A stretch of 64,000 bases of DNA. Origin: Camelus ferus. Its lineage: Eukaryota. The stretch covers positions 86,492,001 through 86,556,000 of the forward strand of contig NC_045697.1 in the NCBI RefSeq assembly GCF_009834535.1, given 5' to 3'. The first letter of the stretch is position 1. Every line of letters begins with the position of its first letter. Position numbers and translations under genes: made by a program. Positions 1 through 12,534 of the stretch are shown in pieces. The notes under the pieces are model-generated. The model was not told where the DNA came from and did not search any database. It worked only from the letters and a program-made list of their open reading frames with translations.

Positions 1-2325
1 AAAAAAGTACCTAGGACTGTACATGTAGAAATATTGTATGGATAGCAGTGCTTTCAATGGATTGAAGTACGGAAACTAGAGATGAAAAGATGAGTTAATG
101 AAGTAGCTCACAAAGTGGTCATGAAGCTCTTAGTTTAGATGGTTATGGCTTTGATAAGGTAAAAGAGAAATACTGTGGAGGTCTTATTTAATTGACTAAA
201 TGTAGAAAGTGGAGAACAAAATCCTTTTAAAATGTACTTTTTAGCTTGACCACAAGGCAAATGAGAGAGTGGGACATGGGTATTAAGAGGTACTACTTTT
301 TCAGGATGAAAGCAACTTGAGCATATTTGTGTACTTAGGAAGAATTAGGAAGGTCCTGATCAAAAAGAAAAAATAAAGCAAGAAGGGTACACTGACAGAG
401 TAGGACTCAGAGAGGGACGAGAAGTGTTGGAATTTAGAGTCATTTATGGAGGGAGATGCTTTTAGACATAAAAAATACTTTTCCTTCTGAGAATTTTGGG
501 GAAGGCAATAAGGACAGTTCATAAATGTACAGGTAAGTATGCAAATTAGTAGCTTCAATTTTCTCTCACAATAGAAAGTGATTTATGTTAAGAAATGTAT
601 CAGGTACTTTTAAATTTTCTTGAGATTTACTTCACCAATACATTGAAGTACTTTTTAGGGACTCTCACTTTTTTTTTTTTAAAGAGAGAGAAAAGAAATA
701 GTTATGTTTGTTTTGGCCTGTATATGCATTCATTGTATTTAGTAGCATTTGGTACACATTTTTAGAGCTACCTCTACTATTTTACATATAAGAGTCTAAA
801 ATCTATCAGAGACATTAGTATTAAATAATAAGATTTAAAAAAAAAAACTGTGTAAGGTGATTTAGACATATGTGAAGGTTGGAGTGAATCTGAAAGAGAG
901 CTCACTCACCACAGACCCCTAGAAGGATTCCCAAATAGTGCTGAGGGTCTCGTTGTTTAGGTTAGTGTTCGGGTAGCAGTTAATGCAGTTATATCATTTC
1001 CTCTCATTGTCCTTAGCAGCTCAGCTATAGGAGTAGAAGCAGACGTAGGAAGAAAAATGAGGTGATAAGACATAATATACAGTCTAGGAAGTTGCTGAAA
1101 TGGAGTTTAAGCCAAGATTATTCGGGGAAAAGAAAGTCACGTCACTTTGGAACTAAAGCATTCGTTGAGTTATCTACATGGTGAAAGAAGTCATACAGAA
1201 TGATAAATTGGGATGAGAAAGAAAAGAACCAAAGTCCCTGGTAGGTTTGGAGGATTAACTAGGGGGCATAAATAGATGACAAAGATTCGGAAAAGTGAAG
1301 GACAGTTTGAACTTTGAGGAGGAAAGAGTTTTTCCATTAGGCTACAAGAGCAAATCTAAGATAGAGTAAACCCAAGAAGGAGTATGCCAAGCAAATATAC
1401 AAGGTAGACAGAAATTCTCCCTAAGTTTCCAATGTTGAATAAAATTGAATTCTCTCATTCCAGGCTTTCAGACCTTCAGGAAAGTAGCCAATCTTCCCCA
1501 GCACAGTTGAGATGACTAAGGGACAAGTGCAAATGTGAACTTGGGTCTCAGTTCACTTGTCTGTTGTCTATTTTGATAGCATTTTCTAAGCTTCAGGATA
1601 AGATCATTAAGTGAGAATGTATAGTGAAAGGGTTAGAAGGGGGTCAAAGAAAGCATTGGATAGACAGCATCTATATTTAGGATGTCGAAGGAGGAAAAGG
1701 GACCATGCAGCAGAGAATGAATCATCAGAATGATTAGAGTGATCTACTATTGAACACAAATAGTTGCTTCTATCTGCGTTAGCTCTCAGCGACTATGAAA
1801 TGCAGTTAACCAGATTGATGTATTTCCATAAGCATTATACAATTCTTCAAATGTAAAGGAAGTTCTTTGTCAGAAAATACAATACATGTTAATTTATGTT
1901 ACAGCCAAGTCATACCATTTAAAAATAGATGCTTATATGAAGTGTTTTTATATTAACACAGGAAATTGATAAACTCTTGTGAATCTTTTATACCATATTC
2001 TTATGGAAACATGATAGATATTCATGGCTTTTTTTAAAAAGCAAGTAGAAGGATTTAAACTAATTCATATTTTTATTTACCTTGTACTTTCACTCAGGCA
2101 GGATCAAGGAATCTTTGTATGATTAATTTGAAGATGAGTAGCATATAATAGGTTCTCAAAAATACCATTAAGTTTTAAGTTATATTAGAGCTATATTTAT
2201 TATACAAGACTTTTTTTTTTGCTTTACATTACAGTAATATGTCCTGAGGTAGAGTGTAAGAAAAAAGCCACAGTAAAAATGATGGATTATAAATTGAGCT
2301 AATATAAAAGTATTATGTCTTTTAG

Positions 2326-2501
2326 GTTGTTTTCAAACCTCTTCTGAGTCATACAGGGATCCAGTCACAGGATGCAATGCCACTCTGCTACCGAATGTAC
2401 TTCGGAGAACATCTTTCATTTTCAGGTACTTTGGACTGCCTTAGAGCAGATATTGTGGATTCCGACACAGCCAAAGAAAGAAAAGGCAAAAGAGCAAGAA
2501 G
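2326..2501 (+). CDS. BLTP1: BLTP1 coding exon (window exon 1)
   Basis: ttttag|GTTGTT...GCAAGAAG|gtatct; VVFKPLLSHTGIQSQDAMPLCYRMYFGEHLSFSGTLDCLRADIVDSDTAKERKGKRAR; phase 0->2. Confidence 0.93.
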
Positions 2502-2814
2502 GTATCTTGCATTATTGTTGTTTTTATGAAAATTTTGTGCAAAAGATATATTAGCTGTTTTTTAACTTTGCTTTCTTCTAATGCCAATGAGGAAGTAATT
2601 TTAATAGTTTAATGAGAAGACAATTTCCATTTAACAGAAATAGTGGCAACATTTTCTTAATAACCTGTTATATGAGAATCATTTAAATGGCTTACATTGT
2701 ATTTCACTTTGGAGATTATTTTGCTCATCAGTTAATAAAGATTGTAGTTCTGGAAAAAAGGAAATAAAATCTTGTCATTTTCTTTCTTTCCTTTTTTTTC
2801 TTCACATTTTTTAG

Positions 2815-3521
2815 GCAAGGCCAAGTGAATCTTCCTCCACTTGAGTTTAAACCAGCATTAATGTTGGAAACCTTTAGCATCAGTGCTGTTGTGATGGAAA
2901 AGTCTGTGTGCACCCCTCAGAACTCTACCAGTGCTCTTTCTTTTCATGATCTCAACAAGCGTTACTACAATACCTTTCACTGCAACTTTACTATTTCCTG
3001 CCAGTCAATAAGCCAGCATGTAGATATGGCTTTAGTTCGTCTTATTCATCAATTTAGTACAATGATAGATGACATCAAAGCGACTCAGACTGACATTAAA
3101 CTCAGCAGATATACAGCTGGGTCAGCTTCCCCAACACCTACCTTCAAAACCAGAAAACATCGGGATTTTCGCTCCTCTGACTTCAGCCGTAGCTCTAGAG
3201 GAAGTCTTAATGGTGGCAATAGAGTAAATAATGCAAAGAACAAACGGACCAACAATGAGAATAACAAAAAGGAATCTCGGAACAAAAATTCATTAGGAAG
3301 ATCTGAAAGAAGAACTTCAAAAGTGTCCAGGAAAGGTTCAAAAGATGTGGTGGATCATATGACTATCCATATGGATGACTCTGATTCAATTACAGTGTCA
3401 GAGCAAAGTGAGCCTTCAGCTGAGTGCTGGCAGAATATGTATAAATTGCTTAACTTCTATTCACTTATCTCTGATCCAACAGGAATATTGGAAAAATCTT
3501 CAGAAACATTTGGACCAGCAG
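2815..3521 (+). CDS. BLTP1: BLTP1 coding exon (window exon 2, 707 nt)
   Basis: Polypyrimidine tract, ttttag|GCAAGG...CCAGCAG|gtaatg; overlaps ORF 2825..3544 (NLPPLEFKPALMLETF...SETFGPA); phase 2->1. Confidence 0.96.
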
Positions 3522-3956
3522 GTAATGGATATTTTTATATTTAAAAAAATTTCTGTTTAGAATAGCAATAATACTAAGAAAGGCAGGTTATTTGTCATTG
3601 TTTTCTTAATGTTGTAACTGGATAATTGAAATGCAGAGAAATTGGCAGTCACTCAGGAGAGAAGATAGTAACGGTGATTAGATATTCTGCTACCCTCTTC
3701 CCATCCTTCCTAACCCTTACACAGTATGCTCTTAAAGAATTCCAACAGACCTTTCAAATGCTTTCAGATGCTTTCAAATATCTGACTGCTATTTATTTTC
3801 AAATATGACCATGGGGAAATGTTGAAACATTTTAAACAATCATTTTGGTGGGGAAGAGGATTGAGAGGGCTGGTTTAAGTTTAGACAATGTTTGGAATGT
3901 CCTTCCTTTTTGCAGTTTTTGTATCTAAACCCACATATTTCCATTTACTTACAAAG

Positions 3957-4202
3957 GAGTTCGGAGCCCTACAGAACCAACATGTAAAGTTGTGTTTGAA
4001 AACGAACAAGACAGTAACAGTTTGACTAAGACGCAGAGGAAACGTAGCTTGGTAACTTCTGAGCCTCAGCATGTTACTCTAATAGTGTTTGGGATTGGCA
4101 TGGTGAACCGCACGCACCTGGAGGCAGACATTGGCGGGCTAACAATGGAATCAGAACTGAAGAGGATCCATGGCAGTTTCACACTTAAGGAAAAAATGAA
4201 AG
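3957..4202 (+). CDS. BLTP1: BLTP1 coding exon (window exon 3)
   Basis: acaaag|GAGTTCGG...ATGAAAG|gtagga; VRSPTEPTCKVVFENEQD...FTLKEKMK; phase 1->1. Confidence 0.94.
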
Positions 4203-4705
4203 GTAGGATGATGTTCTAACACTGTAGTGCTGCTTTTCGGAAGAAAGCCAATGCCATGTCTCCAAAATTCCTGCTTGGCAATTTTTCTTCAGAAAATGGC
4301 ACTTCCCATTTGTATGGATCAGGAGTGCTAGTTTGTATAGTTTCTTTTTCCTATTCTTAATGTTTTTTAAATTTTTCTAAGTATTCTACACTAAGTATTA
4401 CTTCTGAGATTTAAAATATCATTAGGCTGTTTAATTTCATTAGGCTCTTTAAATGCATGAGTGGCATGTTAAACTATGTATTTAGCATTATTCCAGTTTT
4501 GACATATAATAGATATGTATATATGAATACACAGAAATAAAAAACTTCAAGGAAATTTTTAAAAAGTAGTTACAAAATCATTTAAATTTTATAACTTTAA
4601 ATTATGTTTTGTTAGTAAATGTATTATAAATAAAATGTAATTTTAATATGAAGTGCAGTTATCCGATTTCCAGAATTCACATAATTATTTCTTCTCACAT
4701 TTAAG

Positions 4706-4799
4706 ATGTTTTACATCAAAAGATGACTGAGACATGTGCCACTGCTCATATTGGTGGGGTTAATATTGTGCTGCTTGAAGGGATTACACCAAATATACA
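4706..4799 (+). CDS. BLTP1: BLTP1 coding exon (window exon 4)
   Basis: tttaag|ATGTTTTA...ATACA|gtaagt; DVLHQKMTETCATAHIGGVNIVLLEGITPNIQ; phase 1->2. Confidence 0.93.
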
Positions 4800-5954
4800 G
4801 TAAGTATGTTTATTATTTTCTTAAACTTATTTGTTACAGTTTTATAACTTAAAATTCACTGGCTAAATCCCATTTAGTTCTGAGATTTACATACATAATA
4901 TTCTTACATACTTTGATTGTCATTGAGAATATCACCAAATGAAATGTTTTCAGAAAACATTTCTTCCCTTTCTAAAACTAGTTTATTACCTCCCCTACCA
5001 TGCTAAAAAACTGACTCCCAGTACAATTTAAGATTGCATAACAAGAAAAATGATTACAGTGCAAACTTCAGTTAAACATATAAGATGCAAAAGCTCACAA
5101 AATTCAAATAGTTAAGTAAAACAAAATTATAGTCAGAGATTAGAGACCCTTGATTTTATGTTAACTAATCATTACCCATATTCATGCTGAGTTTCAAAAC
5201 TTCCTCTTGTCATTTTTTTAATTAGAGAATTTAACAATAAAGCCTAAGAGACTTTTCTAATAGTATAGGTAAGCTTTCTATAGTGAGTGTACCATTCCAT
5301 ACTGCTTTTCTTTTGACTCTGCTCTCACCTTTTCTTTATAAGTTCTATTCTTGGATCTGTCCAAAATTGTTCTGATAATAATTACCTTTATATGTGATAT
5401 TTAGATCAGCAATCTGTTGTCAATATATTTAGCCACTGACTTTGTTCATACACTTGGGAGTATATACTTTCATTCCTCACATCCTTTCAGTGGAGCAGTT
5501 TCGTGCTTTAACTACAAAATGTATTTTGATAATTTAGGTCAGATTTTAAGAATTTTCTCATTCTTAATATTATAACTGGTTAATGTCCTACTGCCATCCT
5601 ATAAAAGCCTTGATCATGTTAAATATTGACTAAATTCAACATCAGAAAAATTAAATATTTGTTGTATATTGACTTGTTTCAGGTCTATTCATTGTATTTC
5701 AAACATGGATAATGTGGTGATTGTCTTGGGGAACAGTTCCTGAAATGGGTGTTTAAGTCTTGCTGGAGTGGTTGGGACCTATAAGTCTAGAGCCAAAGAG
5801 TACATTTCATTATAGCTGCCTAGCTGGTCCAGATTGCATTTCCTAAGCTGTCTTTCTAAAGACCAGAAAATTCCAGGAGTTGTGAGAGTCAAGATCTTTT
5901 CTGATCATTCACTGTGGGAGGAGAGGTATTATTATGTAGTAATTATAATCTAAA

Positions 5955-6165
5955 GAAATATCTACTGTGGACCAGGAGCCTCACATACATTATTTTTTTA
6001 AATCCTCAACACAATCCTGTTAACTGGAGTTGTTTTATCTCCACTTTACAAAGCAATAAATTGAGATTCAGAATGATCAGGTGTTTTCCCAAAATGGTTA
6101 AAATCACAGTCAGTAAGAAGAGATGCCTGAACCTGTGCTTTTTTCACCTTGCCATAATGCTTCTG
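5955..6165 (-). mobile_element. MIR SINE (degraded)
   Basis: aatcctcaacacaatcctg...tatctccactttaca...attgagattcaga...ttcccaaaatggtta...cacagtcagtaag. Confidence 0.65.
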
Positions 6166-6678
6166 CAGACAGTCATCACAGACCATGGATTTCATGATTC
6201 TTTTGTTGACCTAAATTTAAAGTATTATGGTTACCTATTCAAAAGAACAGATTTCTTTAGGTGTCTCATGTGTTTTTTACTCTATCCTCTTGAATCTCTT
6301 TATCTCCATTATCGATTAGCTCTTAAAAAAAGGGCTTCAAATAGTCTATAAATTTGTAAAACATAATATTTATAAAACAGATTTTTTAAAAAGTATTAGT
6401 TTTTTTTCATTAAAAAAATAAAAGTTATTAATTACTCACTGCCAAACTCTAGTAATGTTAAGACTTTCTGGATTTATTCTTTGGCTTTTCATTTGCAGTT
6501 TCAATTAGAAGGAAACGGAACTTACAAAAATATAGTTGAAAAGATTCTTTGAGGGAAAATTTTAACTATGGGAAATAAAAGCTTTCCAGATGATTGGTCA
6601 TATTGTAACTAATTTATGCATGATTGTTTCTTTGCTTCCTTTTTGTTTTCCTGCTTTCTCTTGAATCTTCATCTGTAG

Positions 6679-6729
6679 ACTGGAGGATTTTCCTACATCT
6701 CCTACAAGCACAGCCAAACAAGAGTTTCT
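6679..6729 (+). CDS. BLTP1: BLTP1 51-nt symmetric exon (window exon 5), probably alternatively spliced
   Basis: ctgtag|ACTGGAG...GAGTTTCT|gtatgt; LEDFPTSPTSTAKQEFL; phase 2->2. Confidence 0.85.
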
Positions 6730-8384
6730 GTATGTCATTATTACTCTTTTTCATGGGCTTTGTGATTAACATAGTATTGAATAGTTTTGAAGATAAAATA
6801 TTTAGATTAGCTGCATGGCTGTGAATGTATGTAGTTAGTTATTATGCTATAGCTTTAATATAGATCCTTTTATAGATTAAAGCTTATTGATATTCAAGGA
6901 AAACACACAGGTAAGGACAATCTTTTTGGTAATTCAGTTTGTTATGCCATTGAAAGACTGTAACACTGTAGTGTGTGTTGAACACTGATTATTTCTCTGG
7001 ACATTTTCTATAAAATTTGAATATGCTGAATAAATAGATGAATCTGTATATTTATTCCAGGCTGGTAAGATTATCAATACCTGGTGAGATTTGTTTCATT
7101 GTGTATTGATAACAGACCATCAATCAACACCCCTTTGTTGGGATTATCTGTGATCTATATCACTTAATCAGCCAACTAGAAGTACGAAAAAAGAATAAAT
7201 TCACTAGTATTAAATTAGAAAATTGATTGTTTTTTGGAAATCACTCTTCCATTTTAGTATTAACAGGTATAGAAAAAGTACTTAATTCCACTTCAGTAGT
7301 CATAGTAGCTAGAGAAGATTTATTGTTTCTCTTCTTTTTATCACTGAGTTCTCTGGATACATATATGTATAAAAATTAATACTATATGACTTTAGAGGGG
7401 ATGCTTTTTAATGGCTGAAGATCAGATCTTCATCCACTCAACAAATTAGGTTATTAGGCTACATAGATAGTATGGCCTGCACACTGTGTTAGGTTTCAGA
7501 GATACAACAGTAAGCAAATGAGAAGTGGTCCCTGTCGTGATATCACTTAGAGGCCTACTCCCTCCTTTTTTAGGGCTTCCTGCTGACAGAGGTGACATAT
7601 AAGTTGAGAAAGAAAGTTTGAATGATTTTTAATAGTTAACTAAATAACACGTGATCACAACACTCTCTGTCCCTGCCTCTGCAGAGATTTTCAGGCAAAA
7701 CTGAATTGAGGCAGGCAGCATTGGCCAGGGGGCATAAACTAGTTTACTTCCTCTCCCTGCCTCTGAAATTTGGCCCTGTCTGCTAAAGTAGGTGGAGTAG
7801 GGGTGGAGACAGAGTAGAAATAATAAAGCCTCAAAGTAAATTCTCAAATCCTTCACTTAACCTGATGCATACAAAGCTGGCCTACCTTTAAGGCCCTATT
7901 GCCTGGACATAGGAAGAAAAAGATAGGGAAAGTCCTTGACCTGTTAGGCACTGCAGCCATTGTAACTTAGGTTCACAGTGGACCTAGCAGAACCTTGTCA
8001 AATAGACCACCACTGTCAATGAATTCTTGAAACACAATTCTTGGTCACTTGCCATGAACTTTTTACATATATGAGGCATGCCTGGCATGCTATAAGTTCT
8101 TATATTCTTCTCTTTAGATAGATTTGACCCATTCTTTCTTGTATGAAAGTCTTATATATACTACATGTTTTATGATCTAGATTAAGTGACAACTATTTCA
8201 AGAATTAAAATAAAATTGTGAATAGATAACTCATATTGGCAGCTTGTAAATTGTTGATGTCCTCATTCTGGGTCTCCTTACATCTTTAACATGTACAGGT
8301 TGACAAGAGTTAATCAGACATCCTCTACAGTGTCTGGCTCAGTTTGATCAGTGTAGGACTAGATCCGAGGAACATTATTCATGT

Positions 8385-8455
8385 TGTAGTCATGGGCGTC
8401 ATTTACATAACCTACAGTGTGAATATTGCCCTCTGGAGCTGAGCAACACAGAACC
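8385..8455. mobile_element. MER91-like (hAT-Tip100) fragment
   Basis: gggcgtcatttacataacctacagtgtgaatattgccctctggagctgagcaac resembles the MER91 palindromic end (recalled consensus). Confidence 0.5.
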
Positions 8456-10191
8456 CCCAAGTCCATAACGTACAAATTTCCACTGTTGATACCACAGTAG
8501 GACCTACACTAGGAGGGCAGTGACAGCCCCATAGCTTTCTATTCTGACATTTGGTGTATATTGAAAATCGAGGGTTGTCTGTGTACTTATATAATCAAAA
8601 TTAATATTTAAGCAGACTTCTATAGATTATAAAGGTAAAATAGAGAGATAAGTGTACAGTTTCTTGACTGTCATGATAACAGTACTTCTTGGAAAATGTA
8701 TGTTTAGTTTCATTCAGTTTGTGGATATTGTTCATAGTTTTGTAAAAAGCCCTTTGCATTTCAGCACCATCTAAGTGTTCTGGCTCATATTGAGATTGAA
8801 TTTAAGATGGAATCTCACTGATGATAAACAGTAGCTTTATTTACTAAAATAGTTAAGATTCAAAATTCAGTAACTAATCAGAATCCCAGAATCTACCTTC
8901 ATGCTTGCTAGAACAGTTCTATAGATTACTTTTTTCTTTTTCTAGTTAGTGTTTGTTTCTGAGAAATAGTTTTCTTTGCATAAGAAAGCAAATATAGTTC
9001 TCTAGTAATTTATCATTTTTGAATTTTGTATAATACCTGGATTTCCCTGTCTGTAAATAATCAGGACTTCTGATAGAACCACTTACACTTCTCGAGGTTT
9101 ATTCTAATGGAAGTTAAATGTAATGAACTGATTCCTTAGATACTTGAGACTGTAAATAAATTATTTGTGAATCCTCTGTAGCCTAAGTAGAGATAAATGT
9201 GAGCTGACATATAGTTAATATGAAATTTGCATTTTGTGTGTGTTGCTAAATCTCTTGTCAAGCATCCTTTGCCCATTTGAAAGATAACATTTATGTTAAA
9301 AGCTATCCTTCTACTGTCTGGCCTTTAATAGTACAGTTCATTGACATGAACCTTTTCCACTGTATGTCAAGACTGCTTCATCATGGCTTTTACCTATATG
9401 CTTTATCACATGCTATCTGTGGAATTCCAAGGTTGTAGTGTTGAGTTGTTCTTCTGCTGTACTTATTTCTGCTCATTCATTTAACAAAATTCATTGAGTG
9501 TCTGTGATGTTCAACATACTGTTCTAAGCACTGGAAAGAAAGAACATGAAATCAAGAAAAACAATATTTCTGCTTTATATCTGTACCAGTAAAGCCTACA
9601 AATTTTTAATTAAGTAGTAGCTACTCATTACGAATTAGACTTCTGTCATTTCTTTGCCACTCTCTGAAAATTAAAAAAAATGGAAAATGCAAGTTAAATT
9701 TCTTCCTTCGTATTAATTTCTTTTAATGTGTTAGATAATTGTTAGATTAATTTCTTTGGCTGATTAGATTTTAAGAAGTCTAGTGAGTTTTTTTTTCTTT
9801 CAATCTTCCCTGTCTATACTTTTTAGGGGTTGTACAGATCCCTAAGATAAATTGAAGAAAAGAGGAGTTCTGAATGGGGGAGAAAAACAAAATGGAATTT
9901 TGTGTGTTGTGTATGTGTAATATGTCAGTGTTCATTCTCTTACATGTCAGCCCATACATGCATTCTTCTGTAAACTCTAGGAAATAGAATAATATTTAGT
10001 ACAAACAGCATAAAATGTATTTAAATATTTTTAGAAAATATTTTTTCTTTAGTATGCTTTAAATGCATGAAAAATCTTAAGTCATTTACTTCATTGAATG
10101 ATTTAAAAGCATTTGTCTTGCTCTCAAAATATTTTTTCAAAATTTCTCTTTACTTGGCCATATTTTAATGATCCTCCTTCTCCATTGCTAG

Positions 10192-10398
10192 AACTGTAGT
10201 GAAATGTAGTATTGCCAAGTCCCAAGCCCTGTACAGTGCCCAGAGAGGGCTGAAGACTAACAATGCCGCCGTGTTCAAAGTAGGAGCTATCAGCATCAAC
10301 ATTCCCCAGCACCCGGCCACCCTACACAGCATGATGGTCCGGAGTTCTCACCAACTGTCTAAGCAGATCTCCGATCTCATCAGACAGCCTTCCACAGC
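10192..10398 (+). CDS. BLTP1: BLTP1 coding exon (window exon 6)
   Basis: tgctag|AACTGTAGTG...ACAGC|gtaagt; TVVKCSIAKSQALYSAQRGLK...IRQPSTA; phase 2->2. Confidence 0.95.
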
Positions 10399-11242
10399 GT
10401 AAGTTATTTACTTAAGTTCTGTGATTCTGTGTAGTATTTTATGTCATTCTTTGCTGTGTTAACAATAGTTTGGAGGAAGACAGAGGGTTTAAATCTAAAT
10501 AGTGACCATTATGGATAGTGGAGGAGGTTGAAAGTAGCTAAACATGGTTGTAGGAGAATCGTGTTGGATATTATTAAAGTACTCTCTCATGAATGAAGTC
10601 AGTTTTTGATATCACATCAGTAAAGCTTAAGAGATTTGTGGACCTCATAAAAGGTACTAATAAAAAACAAACTGATAAATTCTAGGACTATATCAATCCT
10701 TATGTGCTTCAAACTCATTGAAATTTGTGACTGCATAGGTTTATAAAATTGCAGTGGACATTTATGCCCTATGCATGGTTTTGTGCTGTCCTCTGTATGA
10801 AATATTGTACATGGTTCAAGGCAGGATTTGATTATGCTATATAAATACTTTAAAGGCAGTAAATTGGACATTTGCACAGTAACCTTTATTCCCTGGGTCT
10901 GCATTGCTGAGTTTTATTCCTGGTCTCCAAAGCTGTAACTAAATGAATAACTAATAAGAATATAAGTAACAGGTAAAAATTTGTCTTGTTATGTTTCCTC
11001 TTTCCCATCCCATAAGGTAGAAAAACATTAGTGCATTTTTTGATGGTGTCGTAAAGCAGTGGTTTTTCCAATTGTTCTATCTAGAGCTTTGCTTTTGATA
11101 AAATATTAATTCATGGTTGTTTGACAAAGTAGTAATAATTTAAATATGCTTCTCCTTTCAATGGAATGTGGAATCCAGGATGTGTACATGAGCCTTAGTT
11201 ATAAAATACTCTAGGGAATTTTTCCTTATTAGAACATATTAG

Positions 11243-11440
11243 CAGTAAAGTGGAGTGGTTAAAAAAAAAATCACTCTGGAGTCGGACTGACTGAGTTCAA
11301 ATCTAATTTCACCACTTTCTAGCTATGCTTCCTCATTTATAAAATGGAGATAACAGTACCAACTCACAGGGTTTTGCGGGATGAATATAAATGATATAAA
11401 ATGCACTAAGAACAGTACCTGGCACATAGTAAGCACTTGC
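11243..11440 (+). mobile_element. MIR SINE followed by a (TAG/TGG)n low-complexity tract
   Basis: ctctggagtcggactgactgagttcaaatc...cctcatttataaaatggagataacagtacc...gtacctggcacatagtaagcact. Confidence 0.85.
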
Positions 11441-11866
11441 ATAATTACTGTTGGTGTTGGTGGTGGTATTATTTGTACTGGTAGTAATAGTAGTGGCAAT
11501 AGTAGTAATAATGTTACAATCCACGGTAGAGTGCATACTGGTTAAGTCATGGAATTTGGAGTCAGACAAATGTGAGTTTAAACTTCAGTTTCACATTAGT
11601 GATATGAGTGGCCTTGGCAGTATAACATTCCAGTTTATATTGTTATGATGACTTCTTGTTTACTTTTTTCTACATCATCATTTTTCAGTGGCTGTTTTGA
11701 GGAAGTCAGTATGATCTGCTATTGGAAAGAAAACATCTGTTCAGTTTATTTTTGCTATTTTTTATTGAGAATTCTAGTTTTACACAGTTTTTGTTTTTTA
11801 TACAATTTAAATTTTATTAGTAGCTGCTCTAATTGTCTTTTTAAAAAATTTTTTTTTGCTTTATAG

Positions 11867-12105
11867 CCCACAACCTGTAAAAGAAGATATTGCAACCCCA
11901 CTACCTTCTGAAAAAACCCCAACAAGTGTTAATCAAACTCCTGTTGAAACAAATGAATTTCCTCAGCTACCAGAAGGTTTAGAAAAGAAGCCTATTGTCC
12001 TTAAATTCAGTGCCATGTTAGATGGGATAGCCATCGGAGCAGCACTTTTACCATCTCTGAAAGCAGAATACAAGATGGGAAGAATGCGAAGTCATGGAAT
12101 GACAG
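11867..12105 (+). CDS. BLTP1: BLTP1 coding exon (window exon 7)
   Basis: ttatag|CCCACAA...ATGACAG|gtagcg; PQPVKEDIATPLPSEK...RMRSHGMT; phase 2->1. Confidence 0.94.
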
Positions 12106-12534
12106 GTAGCGTTGAATTTGGAATTCATTCTTAAAATTTCTGACTGGTTTCAGAAATTAGTAATATTTTGGTGAAAGGTAAATTTGGTTTTATTGATTTT
12201 ATATGAAAATTTAGATAATTTTAATCAAAACACTTTTAAACTTCATTAATGATGTTCTTAAAAGTATCAGTCCATTTCCTTGAATGACCAGCATGGACCC
12301 TGCTTTCTTTTGAACTCTTTGGAGTTATCCACTGTTGAGACCATTTCCAACTTAAACTTAAGTTGAATAAATTTCTACATCTGTTAGATTCTTATAGACT
12401 GAATAACTTGGTCTATTTTCACATTGAGTGCATTTTGCTCAGATCAGAGATGTTTGACTTTTTCAAAATAGCTACTTTTATCAGATTTTGTGATCCTTAT
12501 ATATCCTCTCCAAAAGCACTTTGCATTTTTATTC

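Noticed and set aside
7665..7770. CCCTGCCTCTG repeated twice with an inverted GAGGCAGG between
   Set aside because: Too short to support a structured RNA or an element call; no TSD, TIR or RNA-family motifs found.
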